A stretch of DNA of 64,000 bases from Macrostomum lignano (lineage: Eukaryota), in NCBI GenBank assembly GCA_002269645.1, contig NIVC01001097.1, forward strand, positions 1 to 64,000, given 5' to 3'. Positions within the stretch are counted from its first letter, which is position 1; the number at the start of each line of letters is the position of its first letter. The notes below the pieces were generated by a model that saw only the letters and a program-made list of their open reading frames with translations, did not search any database and was not told where the DNA came from. Below are positions 54,073-64,000 of the stretch, in pieces. The position numbers were made by a program, and so were the translations under genes.

Positions 54073-54474
54073 CTACCAAAGTCTCTCGTCCGCATCGTAT
54101 CGAGTCTGGTTCTTCTGGCTAAAGTGCAGCTGAAACTCCGTGTCGTTGAGCACAAACACCACCAGAGTGCGGCCATTCAGGTACTCGATGGGCCGGATGT
54201 AGGACGAGATCAGTTCGGGAATCTCTATGAATTCAAACTGCTGCATGGTCTCCAGGCTCACGGTGCTGGCTGGCAGGCCGAACTTCTTGCCGTCTTTGTC
54301 ATCATAGAAAACCAAGATCTGCTTGCTGGGCTCAATCTGGAAGCGGTGATAGATCTTGCGCTTCAGATCCACCACCAAGTCTGTGGAGTAGAGCACCAGG
54401 CGGCCTGACTGAATGTGTTTAGCGTAGTTATGAGCTATGTTCAGCTCGATCAGGGTCACATTGATCATCGACAT
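54073..54474 (-). CDS. Small protein (~133 aa) with an N-terminal ubiquitin-like fold signature
   Basis: MINVTLIEL...LVLYSTDLVVDLKRKIYHRFQIEPSKQILVFY resembles the ubiquitin beta-beta-alpha-beta pattern (cf. GIPPDQQRLIF); GC3-rich codons and an open antisense shadow frame. Confidence 0.6.
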   Translation of the reverse strand: MSMINVTLIELNIAHNYAKHIQSGRLVLYSTDLVVDLKRKIYHRFQIEPSKQILVFYDDKDGKKFGLPASTVSLETMQQFEFIEIPELISSYIRPIEYLNGRTLVVFVLNDTEFQLHFSQKNQTRYDADERLW

Positions 54475-54991
54475 CTTGATGGCTTTGTGGTTGACCTTTG
54501 GTCTGTACAAGGTTGCTGATGAATTGAACACATACGTAGCAGCCGTAATTTACAGTGCTTCATCTGTAATTGCAGAATTGCAGAAGTGCTAAAATTAATT
54601 GCCAAAAGTTGTCTATGGCCATAATGGTGTGTCAAAAACGATTTATCGTTGATAATGATGAACTTCTATAAATTACTCGTAGCATCTGTAGCGGAGAAAT
54701 TCTATTCTTCACGTACATAAGTTTTCGAAATCGAAATTCGCGCTGTGCACAACGTTGCATGAGTTGCAACGTTGAAAAAATAAAATGATGTTTTATTTAA
54801 CGTTGCAGACTTGCAGCTACATTATTCTGTTATTAAAGGTGTCGGTATTGCATAGATTGCTCCATAAATAAACTCCAACATATCCAACACAAATAAACTC
54901 CATAGGATAAAGGAATAAATTCATTAATCCAGGCAACAAACTACAGTAATCCCCATCTAGAACCTTTTCTTGGCGGGATGTCAGTAAAAGA

Positions 54992-55851
54992 CAGTGATGG
55001 GCACCGCTAAATTTATTTTTAGCGCCGCTAATTAGCGCTGTCGCTAACTGATAAAAGAAAATTTCTATTTTTGCTATTTCTTGCGCCGCTAATTTTGAAA
55101 TGCGCTAATTAATAAATACATTGAATATAAACTGCCGTTTCACACGTATTTATGCGTTTTTGCACATTTTTAACTCGTATGTTTTAAATGAAAAAGCTAA
55201 TAATGCTATTGCTAATAATTTGTTTTTATTATCAATCCTAATTTTAAAAATCTTCAAGCCGCTGAACTGTCAGAGAAACAGTTGGTAGAAAGATCAGTAG
55301 CCTTCTTATACTCAAGAAGGAAGGCGAGATCATCAGCTTGAAACGGTGGTACGGGATTTATTAACACCACCATCACCCTGTCGCTTATTATTAACACCAG
55401 CCTGTCGCTTCGCATCATCGCTTAGAATATCAACTGTCGAGTTGAACGTTGAATTCTTTGATTAACTGATTAAATGAAATTAAATTAATCAAAAACTTTT
55501 TGCTAACGAATTAAAAGTAGTAAGAAAACTTTTAAAAGTCAATGACAAAAACAAGATTAATTGTTGATAAAGAAAGCGAAAAAAAGAAATTCAAATTTTG
55601 TTTCGCATGTCTAGGAAAATTAGAAACATATTAGCGATCTACTATGGGTGGATTTACGTATTCTTTAATTTATTACTCAAATAGGGTCTCATTTTAAGTA
55701 TAAAACAGTCATTAACCGTCTAGTTTTATAGCAAAAAATAAATTTATTTATTAACTAATTAATTCATTAGCGATTTTCAGAAAATATTAGCGGCGCTTTG
55801 ATAGCGCGCGCTAATTGGAATTCAAATTTAGAGGCGTAGTGCCCATCACTG
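54992..55851. mobile_element. Non-autonomous hAT element (860 bp)
   Basis: 13-bp TIRs CAGTGATGGGCAC / GTGCCCATCACTG; 8-bp TSD GTAAAAGA; CGCTAA subterminal repeats. Confidence 0.92.
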
Positions 55852-58187
55852 GTAAAAGATGAACGTACATGTAATTAATTAATGGCGCGTCAATTGTACA
55901 GTAATTATAATGAAAAATATTTTGCAAATTGTGACAGCGCGATGAATTGCATGCTATATACTGTACTAAAATATGTACTATATGGACTACATATGTATCC
56001 GGAAGGTGCATGCACTCACGTGTGAGCTATTGAAGTTTTAGATTTCCACTGTATAGTTTGTTTAAAGACGGAAATAATCTAGACTTCGAAAAGCAACCTC
56101 TCCTCGGCAGCCACGATTTATTTTGTCTTGTATAAACTACGCTTATTTTCACTATCCGAGTTTTGCTAAATTAAAAGCTACATGTACCATGACAATAGCA
56201 TGCGGTTACAACAATGTATCATGACCCACTGGTACCCCCTACACAAAGATTATGATTTGCTCATTTAAAACACGATTACTTCAGCAAATACAATTTAGTG
56301 TATTTTCTTATAGTTAAACCTCAACATTAGATACCTGCAAATGCGTGTATGAGCAAAAAATTTTGACACTAACATGCGGAAATCATTTAGTGTAATGGGC
56401 GATCCTCCCACCTCCCGCTGTGGTCTACGGACCGGGACCACCCTTGAAATCATTTAAAATCATTTAATTAAAACGCAAAACTTAAGTTTTTTATTTTCGT
56501 AAGGTAAAACAATCTGATAAACAAAAGGCACTAACATTAAAGATCGGACTGACTTTACTTACACTAAAAATTTTTAAAGCAAAAATAACAATTTTAAAAA
56601 GCTGCGTCTGTAATTATCAAATTAAAAAATTAAAAAAGATTTTTCACCGAAATGTGTCAGAGCGACTCCGACTCCATGTCTCCGCGCACATGCTGACATC
56701 GATGTGCGCTAAGACCATTCAAGCCGAACTCAACTTACTCAAGAATCAAGATGGCAGGTAGCGGAGAATGGGATATCATTAGCATTTTAGACCCCATTCA
56801 AGCTTAAATTTTAGAAAGTTATTTGCACTCGATGAAGCATTCACTGTTGAATAGATTAAGCAATAATGCAGGAATAGTTGCCTCCCCCCTTAGATGGAAA
56901 CCAGAAACAAAATCAAAGGGATGACCAACCATTTTTTGCCAAAATACAGAGCCATATCCCCTCTGTCCTATCTCTATTAGTGTTAGTGATAGATCCAAAT
57001 ACTTGGATTCAGAATCTAGATCCAAAATTGCAAAAAAATGTCTTACTTTTTTAGAAATACAAATGTTTTTGGATTTAAAAAATTTCCAAATATTTTCCTA
57101 ATGTATTATCAAATATGAAAAATAAAAAAACCTAAACAAATTCAGGTTTGTAAAAAAATAAAACTTTTGAAATAAGAAAGTATATTTAAAAAATGCAACA
57201 ATTTATACTATATTGTTCATTTTTGCAGTAAAATATTTGAAATAAAGTTATATAAAGTGAAGTTATTGAACTTTAAAACATTTGAGGCATTGAACCTAAA
57301 GTCATAAAAACATTTTTGGCAATCATTGCTTAAGTATAATCATTAGTTTTTTTTCAAAATGCAAATGCATGGACTTGTAAACTACAGTAAAGTATTCTTA
57401 AGAATATAAACATAGGCTAATGTCAGTTAATATTAGTAATTAAAATTAGCTAGATTTGTTATATAAGAATTATGTACAATTCAAAATTACTTACTCTCTT
57501 CTAAGTTTTAATTCTTGCAATTTCACTTGAATTTTGCTTAAAACTTGCAAAAATCCATATTTAGTCTATTACTAATCTCTATATTCACTATACTCTCTAA
57601 TTTATTATATGGTATATTAGAAAAAGTGAACATTTATATTATAAATAATAAATTCAAGTTTCTGCCACAAAAGTTTATGTCAAACATTATCAAGAAGGCA
57701 TTACAATAATAAATGACTTAGTCTTATCACCATATAAATTAATGTATATTGATTTGTTGAGCAAATTACTAACAGTAGAGTAGCGCTGCCACCACCGTAA
57801 TTTTGTATTACGGAATGTTGAATTTTCAGAGCTTTCTTTGAGATGAGAACTTTAGGTTGTTTTACACCCCATGGGCAAATAACTCAATATAAAGCTATGG
57901 GCTTAAGGAACAAATGAATAAATATTTTTTGTTCTTTATTATTGAGTATTAAACTATGACTATAAGCGAATTAACTATTATTTATGATAAATTTTGGAGA
58001 TACTACTAGACAATGTGATCCAGTGTATTGAGTATGGAATAAATAGGTTAATGGGATTTAACTGTGGTTCTGGTACTCAATGAAGAGATACAAACAAAAA
58101 CAACTAAAACTTAAAACAGCAACAAATTGAATAACATGAGTGAGAAACATGGCATTGCATAAATATGGGTAACATTTCATTGCCAGA

Positions 58188-58486
58188 CATACATGCGCAA
58201 CCTCCAAAATTCGGTCGGCCGTGCGACTTAGTTTTAACAAAAAATGCGACGTAGTTTTTGGCTAAAAATGCGACTTACATGTAAAAAAACCCTAAAGCAA
58301 AATTACCGCAACTTTGGGTAAACGGCAGGAGTAACTATGACTGTCTTATTAAGCTAAAATGCCTCGTCAGCTACTTAGTACTACTGCTTGGGTGTTTTTT
58401 CGGGTGGCCATTTTTGCGACTTCTTTGGTTGGCCGCCAAATCGGTCGGCCGGATCGGCCGACTCGGCCGACTGTTGCGCATGTATG
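58188..58486. mobile_element. hAT-type MITE (299 bp), CpG-rich
   Basis: 14-bp TIRs CATACATGCGCAAC / GTTGCGCATGTATG; 8-bp TSD TTGCCAGA. Confidence 0.92.
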
Positions 58487-59879
58487 TTGCCAGAGGGAGG
58501 GGCACTCATGGAAACATGTCACTCTGGGAATCCCAGGTTGGACGCTATGCAAATAGACAAAAAAAGTAGAAAAAAAGAGAAAATAGCAATAGTGGGGGCA
58601 ATTGCTGTGCCATGTAATGGGGAAAAATCAAAGGTTAAGTCAGGGGTTAGGGAACTAGGGGTGTGACATCAATCCCGCCAGTGGCATAGACAAATGATTC
58701 AGTTAAGCAAAATAATAATTATTACAAAACATACAAAAGGTTAAACAGTTCATGCAAAAATTAAATGAGGTAACATGCAAGAACCTAAAGGATTAGGCTA
58801 AAGTTTTAAAGAGTCATTGCACAAAGTGGTAGATACACTACGACAGCTAGTATATTAATGGCTTTTTTAATTAAAAACAAACATTTCATTTTCTAAGAAA
58901 CTGATTCAAATACAAGCTTTACCAGTATTTAAAATACTGATTTTTTGTTTTTGTGTTTCTTTTCAAAAAAGTTCTAGCACATGGCACAAGCAAACTGATT
59001 TGATAAGAATAGCTCTAGTGCATGGCACAAGAAAACTTTTTTTAATGGATTTATTCTGGCATATAGTGCAATCAAACTTTTTGATAGGATTTGTTCTAGT
59101 GCAGGTGTGCTAAGATCCTGACTCTAGTCCCACCTTGGGTCCTTCCCCTCCACAAATTTTTGGTTGCAATACTGTGTAAGGAAGCCATAGTCTCAAAGAT
59201 GGCCTATTATGTACCAGAATTTATAGCTATCCCCTAGTTTTGCAAATTTAATTTTTTCAAATTAACAATGTTTGAATTAACAATGTTTTAACAATAGAGT
59301 TTGTTTGAATTATACTTGTTGGTTGTTGGTGCTGCAGGGTGTCTAGCCATGGTTGCTCAAGAGATTGATCACAATAAAGAAAGCAAACAAGGCAAGAAAT
59401 CTCTCAGAATCCCAGTCTCTCCTGCCCCAGTCTCTTTTCAAAAACAGGGAGTGATTGCAAGTTTTGGCCATAGATATAGCCAATAGCTATCTTAAACTAG
59501 TAGATATAGACATAAAAATATATATACTACCACATCTTAAACTTGCACAAGTTTAAATACTTACTTGTAGTAACTAAGGTAAGGAAGTTCTTTTTTATTT
59601 AATATTTAAATGTGAAAAACAAGAAGTTTGCCAAATTTTCTTGCATATGTAACAGGGCTTTTGGCTCTCTCTAGAAATCCCACCATTGACACCAAAGTTG
59701 TCCTAGGGTTTATTTCTGTCCTCCAATTATCCCACTAATTGCCACCAAAGTTGTAACAGGGGTTATTTCTTCCTCACGACCTTACTAATTATTACTTGCC
59801 TTTTACTAGTACCACATGTACTTCTATTGGTAGCGTATGTACTTTTATTGGTAGTGTATGTACTTTCTTGTACTTCCTG

Positions 59880-60190
59880 GCCTGAGCAGTCTTTAGGCAC
59901 CATTTATCCTATTCCTATACCCTTCTAAAGATATTATTCTCTCAGTCCTGGGCATTCCCGGGATCAGAGGGTCACAGCGTACTTTGCTGGATATTCTGCC
60001 CTGAGGCGGGTTTCTCAGACTCTAAGCCTGGATTTCTCTACCCTGTGGTAGGAATTCTGCCTTCTAAAGGCGGGTTACTAGACTCCTAAGTCTAGGATTT
60101 CTCGTTCTCTAAGAACGGACTGAACTCCCAATCTTGGGGCAACTCCTATGTCACTAACCACTACTCGAAATAAGTAACACGAGTGATCAC
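59880..60190. repeat. Dispersed repeat, copy B (less eroded), homologous to ~33850-34150
   Basis: tctctcagtcctgggcattcccgggatcagagggtcacagcg and ctactcgaaataagtaacacgag. Confidence 0.75.
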
Positions 60191-61559
60191 AAGCCCAAGG
60201 CTGATTTAAAGCTTGATCAATGTTCGAAACAATGGTACAAGACCAACAAACAAGAAAAGGTTAACAAGGTTATTTATTTTTGCTCCTAGCTGACTCCTAT
60301 TTATAGTAAAAATTTTCCTATTATTTAAAACAAATTATTAATACATAGAATATTCAGAATATTTTGCATATAAGAATATTTTTAGTATTTGCATAGTATA
60401 ACAACAGTAGTACATTTTTGAAATGCAACTTTTTCTAAGAAATTGTTATAAAAACTGAAGGCCTATTATACATACATAATGGATTAGGGAGTGGGGCTTG
60501 GTATATATTGTTGCATATCATAGTATGATCAATGCACTTAGTATTTATAGATTAGTTATAAATCAATTTTAAGGATAAAAATTCATACATGCCCAACACC
60601 TGTCCAACCTGTCCAAACTGGATGGGTGAAATGGCCACTGGCCAAGGTAAGTTGCAAAATCTAAAATGCAAAAAACGAAAAATTTAGGAAAGAAAGAAAG
60701 GAAAGGAAGAGAAAAAGAAAAGAAAGGAGGGAGAAGAGAGAGAGGGGGAAAGAGGAAAGAGAAAGAGAAGAAAAGAAAAGAGAAAAAGGCAATAAAAGTA
60801 ATATACAAAGTGAAAATTAAGTTGCAATTGGGGGAACTAAGTTGCAAAGCTGGACAAAACACTTAAGTTGCACCTGACGGGTGAAATTTTTAGGTTGGGC
60901 ATATATGTAATAATTGAATATAATGGGCCTATATATTAGGCCTTGGTTGAATGTGAATTTTAGGTCATGTGTGATTCAATTTTTTTGTCATGATAGTATA
61001 TGATTTGTGGTTGTGATTTTTAATTTTTATGTTCCATTAAAACTAAAAAACACTTTTCTTCTAAAGAAAATCATATATACTACTGTTATAATTATAATGT
61101 TTAGAATTCGTTTGTTAGTTTAGAGTCATTCAATCTTAAAAAAACAGTTTCTAATGAGTTCTTTGGCACAGGAAATATATTATTTAATATATATTAAAAA
61201 TAAGTAGTATGTAGTTTAATTCATTGTGTTTATCTTGATCTCATAACTTTTTGGCATAGATATAGATTTCTCAAAGCCAATTTTTATCCTAGTATACACT
61301 TGAAATCTTTAAGACTATGGCAAATAGGAGAGAGCAAGGTTAATTTATCCCTTTGGTAAACCTAGGTTAAAGGTATAAGGGAGACCAAGCAACCTTTTGG
61401 CAATACCCTGTGACAAATATCTGGTCCGAGAGTTTGCGTGCTGACGGGCTGCTATTCAAGTAGTGATTGAAAACATAGTTAGTGGAGACCAATAACTGAT
61501 AGAGCCAATTATTCTATTATGGATTACTGTCGCCAAGGTCAGCTCTGGCTCCATAAGCA

Positions 61560-62194
61560 GTCGCTCCCTGATGTGGTTGCTGAGCACTTTCTCGACGAGC
61601 TGGTCACGCAGCATCTTGGAGTCTTAGAAGGTCTTGAAGTCGCAGTTCAAAGCCAGGTTTCGTAGCGCGGCAACGAAGGTCGCTGATCTTTTCGCCCGGT
61701 CGCTGAGCTCTGTCGGAATCTGTGCCTCTCAGCAACTACGTTGACCTTGGGTCCGAAGTGCGTGTCCAGGAGCTTCAGCGTGTCATCGACTGTTGCTGGC
61801 GGATGCTCTTCTTCCTCCTGATTGCGACTGGCCTGCAGAGACACGTAGATGTTTTGTCCCTCTGCACCCAATCAGTGGATGAGCAGCGCTTGTTTTCTTA
61901 GCTCCAGCAGATCGATGGCTCCCGATGCTAGCAGGTAATTGCTGAACATTGCTTTCCATCGGTTCCATTCAATCGGCGGTGCTCCAGCGGCTGGCAGAAA
62001 CGGCTGCGGTGGCGATATGTTGAGACTCATTCTGTTGGCTGTATCTCTGCTTGACTGTTGGGCTGCTGCTTGTTGGGACCCTCGCTGTGGGTCGCCAATC
62101 GCACTTGCATTTGCGCCTTCTGTGCTGCGAGTTCGCGCTTGTGCTGAGTCACGCTGGCCCAAATCAATTGATTTCTCCGCGCGACGCCAAAATG
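61560..62194 (-). pseudogene. Truncated Gypsy 5' end: LTR terminus, PBS and disrupted gag
   Basis: Minus strand ...ACA TTT TGGCGTCGCG (LTR end plus PBS); gag-like PPQPF..IEWNRWKAMFSNYL...KQALLIH*LGAEGQ...LDTHFGPKVNVVAERHRFRQ with an in-frame stop and a frameshift. Confidence 0.8.
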
Positions 62195-62270
62195 TAGTGA
62201 GCGAGAGACAAGCCAGTCAGGTTGAGCAAGGTATAACTGTACTTTTTGCCCATCCTTTCAGCTTTAAGCG

Positions 62271-64000
62271 ATGTCTGACCTGCCAGACACCTTCGACTAC
62301 ATTGTCTGGGGCGCCGGCCTGTCTGAGTGCATCCTGTCCGCCGCCCTCACCAGGGCTGGGCACTCTGTACTGCACCTGGACAGCTGGCAGCAGTACGGCG
62401 GTGCCTGGCAGTCGCCGACTCTGCGTGATCTCGAGTCTCAGCTGGCAGAGGTCGCGCCCGGCGCCCGCCTGGCCTGGGCTCAGCCGGCCGAGGCCGATGC
62501 CTGGCGATCGAGGTCGCGCTATTTCTGCCTGGACCTGAGTCCGCGTCTCTGCTTCTGCCGGGGCGACACCGTGTCCGCGCTGCTGCAGTCTGACGTGTCC
62601 CGCTACCTGGAGTTCCTGCCGGTGTCCGGGCTGTACACTGTCGACGAGGCCGGCTGTCTGGAGCGGGCGCCGGTACAGCGCGGGCAGCTGTTCCGCAGCG
62701 ACAGGTACCTGCTAGTTAGCTAGTGCTCAGTGGACCCGTGTCTCAGTGCTCAGTGGACCCATGTCTCAGTGCTCAGTGGACCCGTGTCTCAGTTCTCAGT
62801 AGACTCATGTCTCAGTGCTCAGTGGACCCATGTCTCAGTGCTCAGTGGACCCATGTCTCAGTGCTCAGTGGACCCATGTCTCAGTGCTCAGTAGACCCAT
62901 GTCTCAGTTCTCAGTAGACTCATGTCTCAATGCTCAGTGGACCCATGTCTCAGTTCTCAGTAGACCCATGTCTCAGTGCTCAGTCGACCTTATGCAAGCA
63001 AGAGCCCTGCATTCTGTGTAATCCGCAACTCCGCCCCATCGCCAACTCCAGATTCTCGCTTGTGGAGAAGCTGCACTGCGGCCGCTTCGCCGAATTCTGC
63101 GTCTCCTGCCAGCCGGACCGGGACCTGGCGGACGCGGGCAGCTTCCCAGAGCTGCTGGCCCGTCACGGCCTCCGCTCTGGCCCGGCCCAGCGTCTCTTCG
63201 CCCTCGCCGTCGGCATGTCGCCTCCGGACTCACCAGCCGAGACCGTCGTGGCCGGCATTCGCCGATTCCTCGCCTCCTGCGGCGCCTACGGGCCCTCGCC
63301 TCTGCTGGTGCCGAAGTACGGCGCCTCCGAGATCTGCCAGGCCTTCAGCCGGCACGCCGCCGTCTGGGGCGCCGTCTTCCACCTGGGCGCCGATCCGGAC
63401 AGGCCACCGGCCGAGGCCCGGCGCCGCCTCATCGTCAGCGACCGCTTTGCCCAGTCTGGCTGGCTCGACCTCGGCCGGAAGCGCCGCCTGTTCAGGCAGA
63501 TTCTGGTCACCGACGGGTGCGTCTGCTGGTGCTGAGGCCCTTCCCGATCCTTCCGGGCACCTCTGCTGCCCTCTCTCCGATCCTTCAGGGCACCTCTGCT
63601 GCCCTCTCCGATCCTTCAGGGCACCTCTGCTGCCCTCTCCGATCCTTCAGGGCACCTCTGCTGCCCTTCCCGATTCTTCCGGGCACCTCTGCTGCCCTCT
63701 CCGATCCTTCCGGGCACCTCTGCTGCCCTTCCCGATCCTTCAGGGCACCTCTGCTGCCCTCTCCGATCCTTCCGGGCACCTCTGCTGCCCTTCCCGATCC
63801 TTCAGGGCACCTCTGCTGCCCTCTCCGATCCTTCAGGGCACCTCTGCTGCCCTTCCCGATCCTTCAGGGCACCTCTGCTGCCCTCTCCGATCCTTCAGGG
63901 CACCTCTGCTGCCCTTCCCGATCCTTCAGGGCACCCTGACTTACCCTGCCCTCGGCCAGCAGCTGTGCCTTCTATTCAATTTGACTGATATTGATGTCAC
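62271..64000 (+). CDS. CHM: Rab escort protein / GDI-family (CHM/REP-like) gene, 5' portion, runs off the window
   Basis: Exon 62271-62704 (FDYIVWGAGLSECILSAALTRAGHSVLHLDSWQQYGGAWQS; RYFCLDL; LLQSDVSRYLEF) and exon 63052-63516 (FSLVEK; SPLLVPKYGASEICQAFSRHAAVWGAVFHL); third exon probably starts at 63899. Confidence 0.85.
62722..62985 (+). repeat. 23-bp intronic tandem repeat (TGCTCAGTGGACCCATGTCTCAG)n
   Basis: Intron 62705-63051. Confidence 0.93.
63537..63935 (+). repeat. 31-bp tandem repeat (GGCACCTCTGCTGCCCTTCCCGATCCTTCAG)n at an intron/exon boundary
   Basis: About 13 units; some end in CAG, others in CCG. Confidence 0.93.

Noticed and set aside
59640-60330. Penelope-like identity or a hammerhead ribozyme in the dispersed repeat
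   Set aside because: No CUGANGA...GAAA core and no RT/GIY-YIG remnant could be read; family left unassigned.

Overview
Animal (metazoan) genomic DNA. GC3-rich spliced genes, tandem-repeat-filled introns and dense transposons suggest a flatworm such as Macrostomum; this is inference, not verified. Host genes: a 2-exon Rh-family ammonium transporter (15994-17749 +), a 3-exon BarH-like homeobox gene (40827-42107 -), serine hydroxymethyltransferase (49538-53125 +, 5 coding exons), a small ubiquitin-like-fold ORF (54073-54474 -) and the 5' part of a Rab escort protein/CHM-like gene (62271 to window end). Mobile DNA: a 10.2-kb CMC/EnSpm-type element (transposase plus a divergent 6-exon accessory gene), a young complete Ty3/Gypsy element (apparently identical 451-bp LTRs, 4-bp TSD), an ORF-intact hAT (Charlie/GTF2IRD2-like), four non-autonomous hATs/MITEs with 8-bp TSDs, a wrecked DD37D (maT) mariner and a gag remnant. 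Two signals stand out. (1) Old repeats carry directional, both-strand C>T/G>A hypermutation at CpG and CpA, leaving TpA/CTAG-saturated tracts that resemble fungal repeat-induced point mutation, here in an animal genome. (2) The Gypsy polyprotein carries a cold-shock domain between its CCHC knuckle and protease. All alignments and counts were done by eye.
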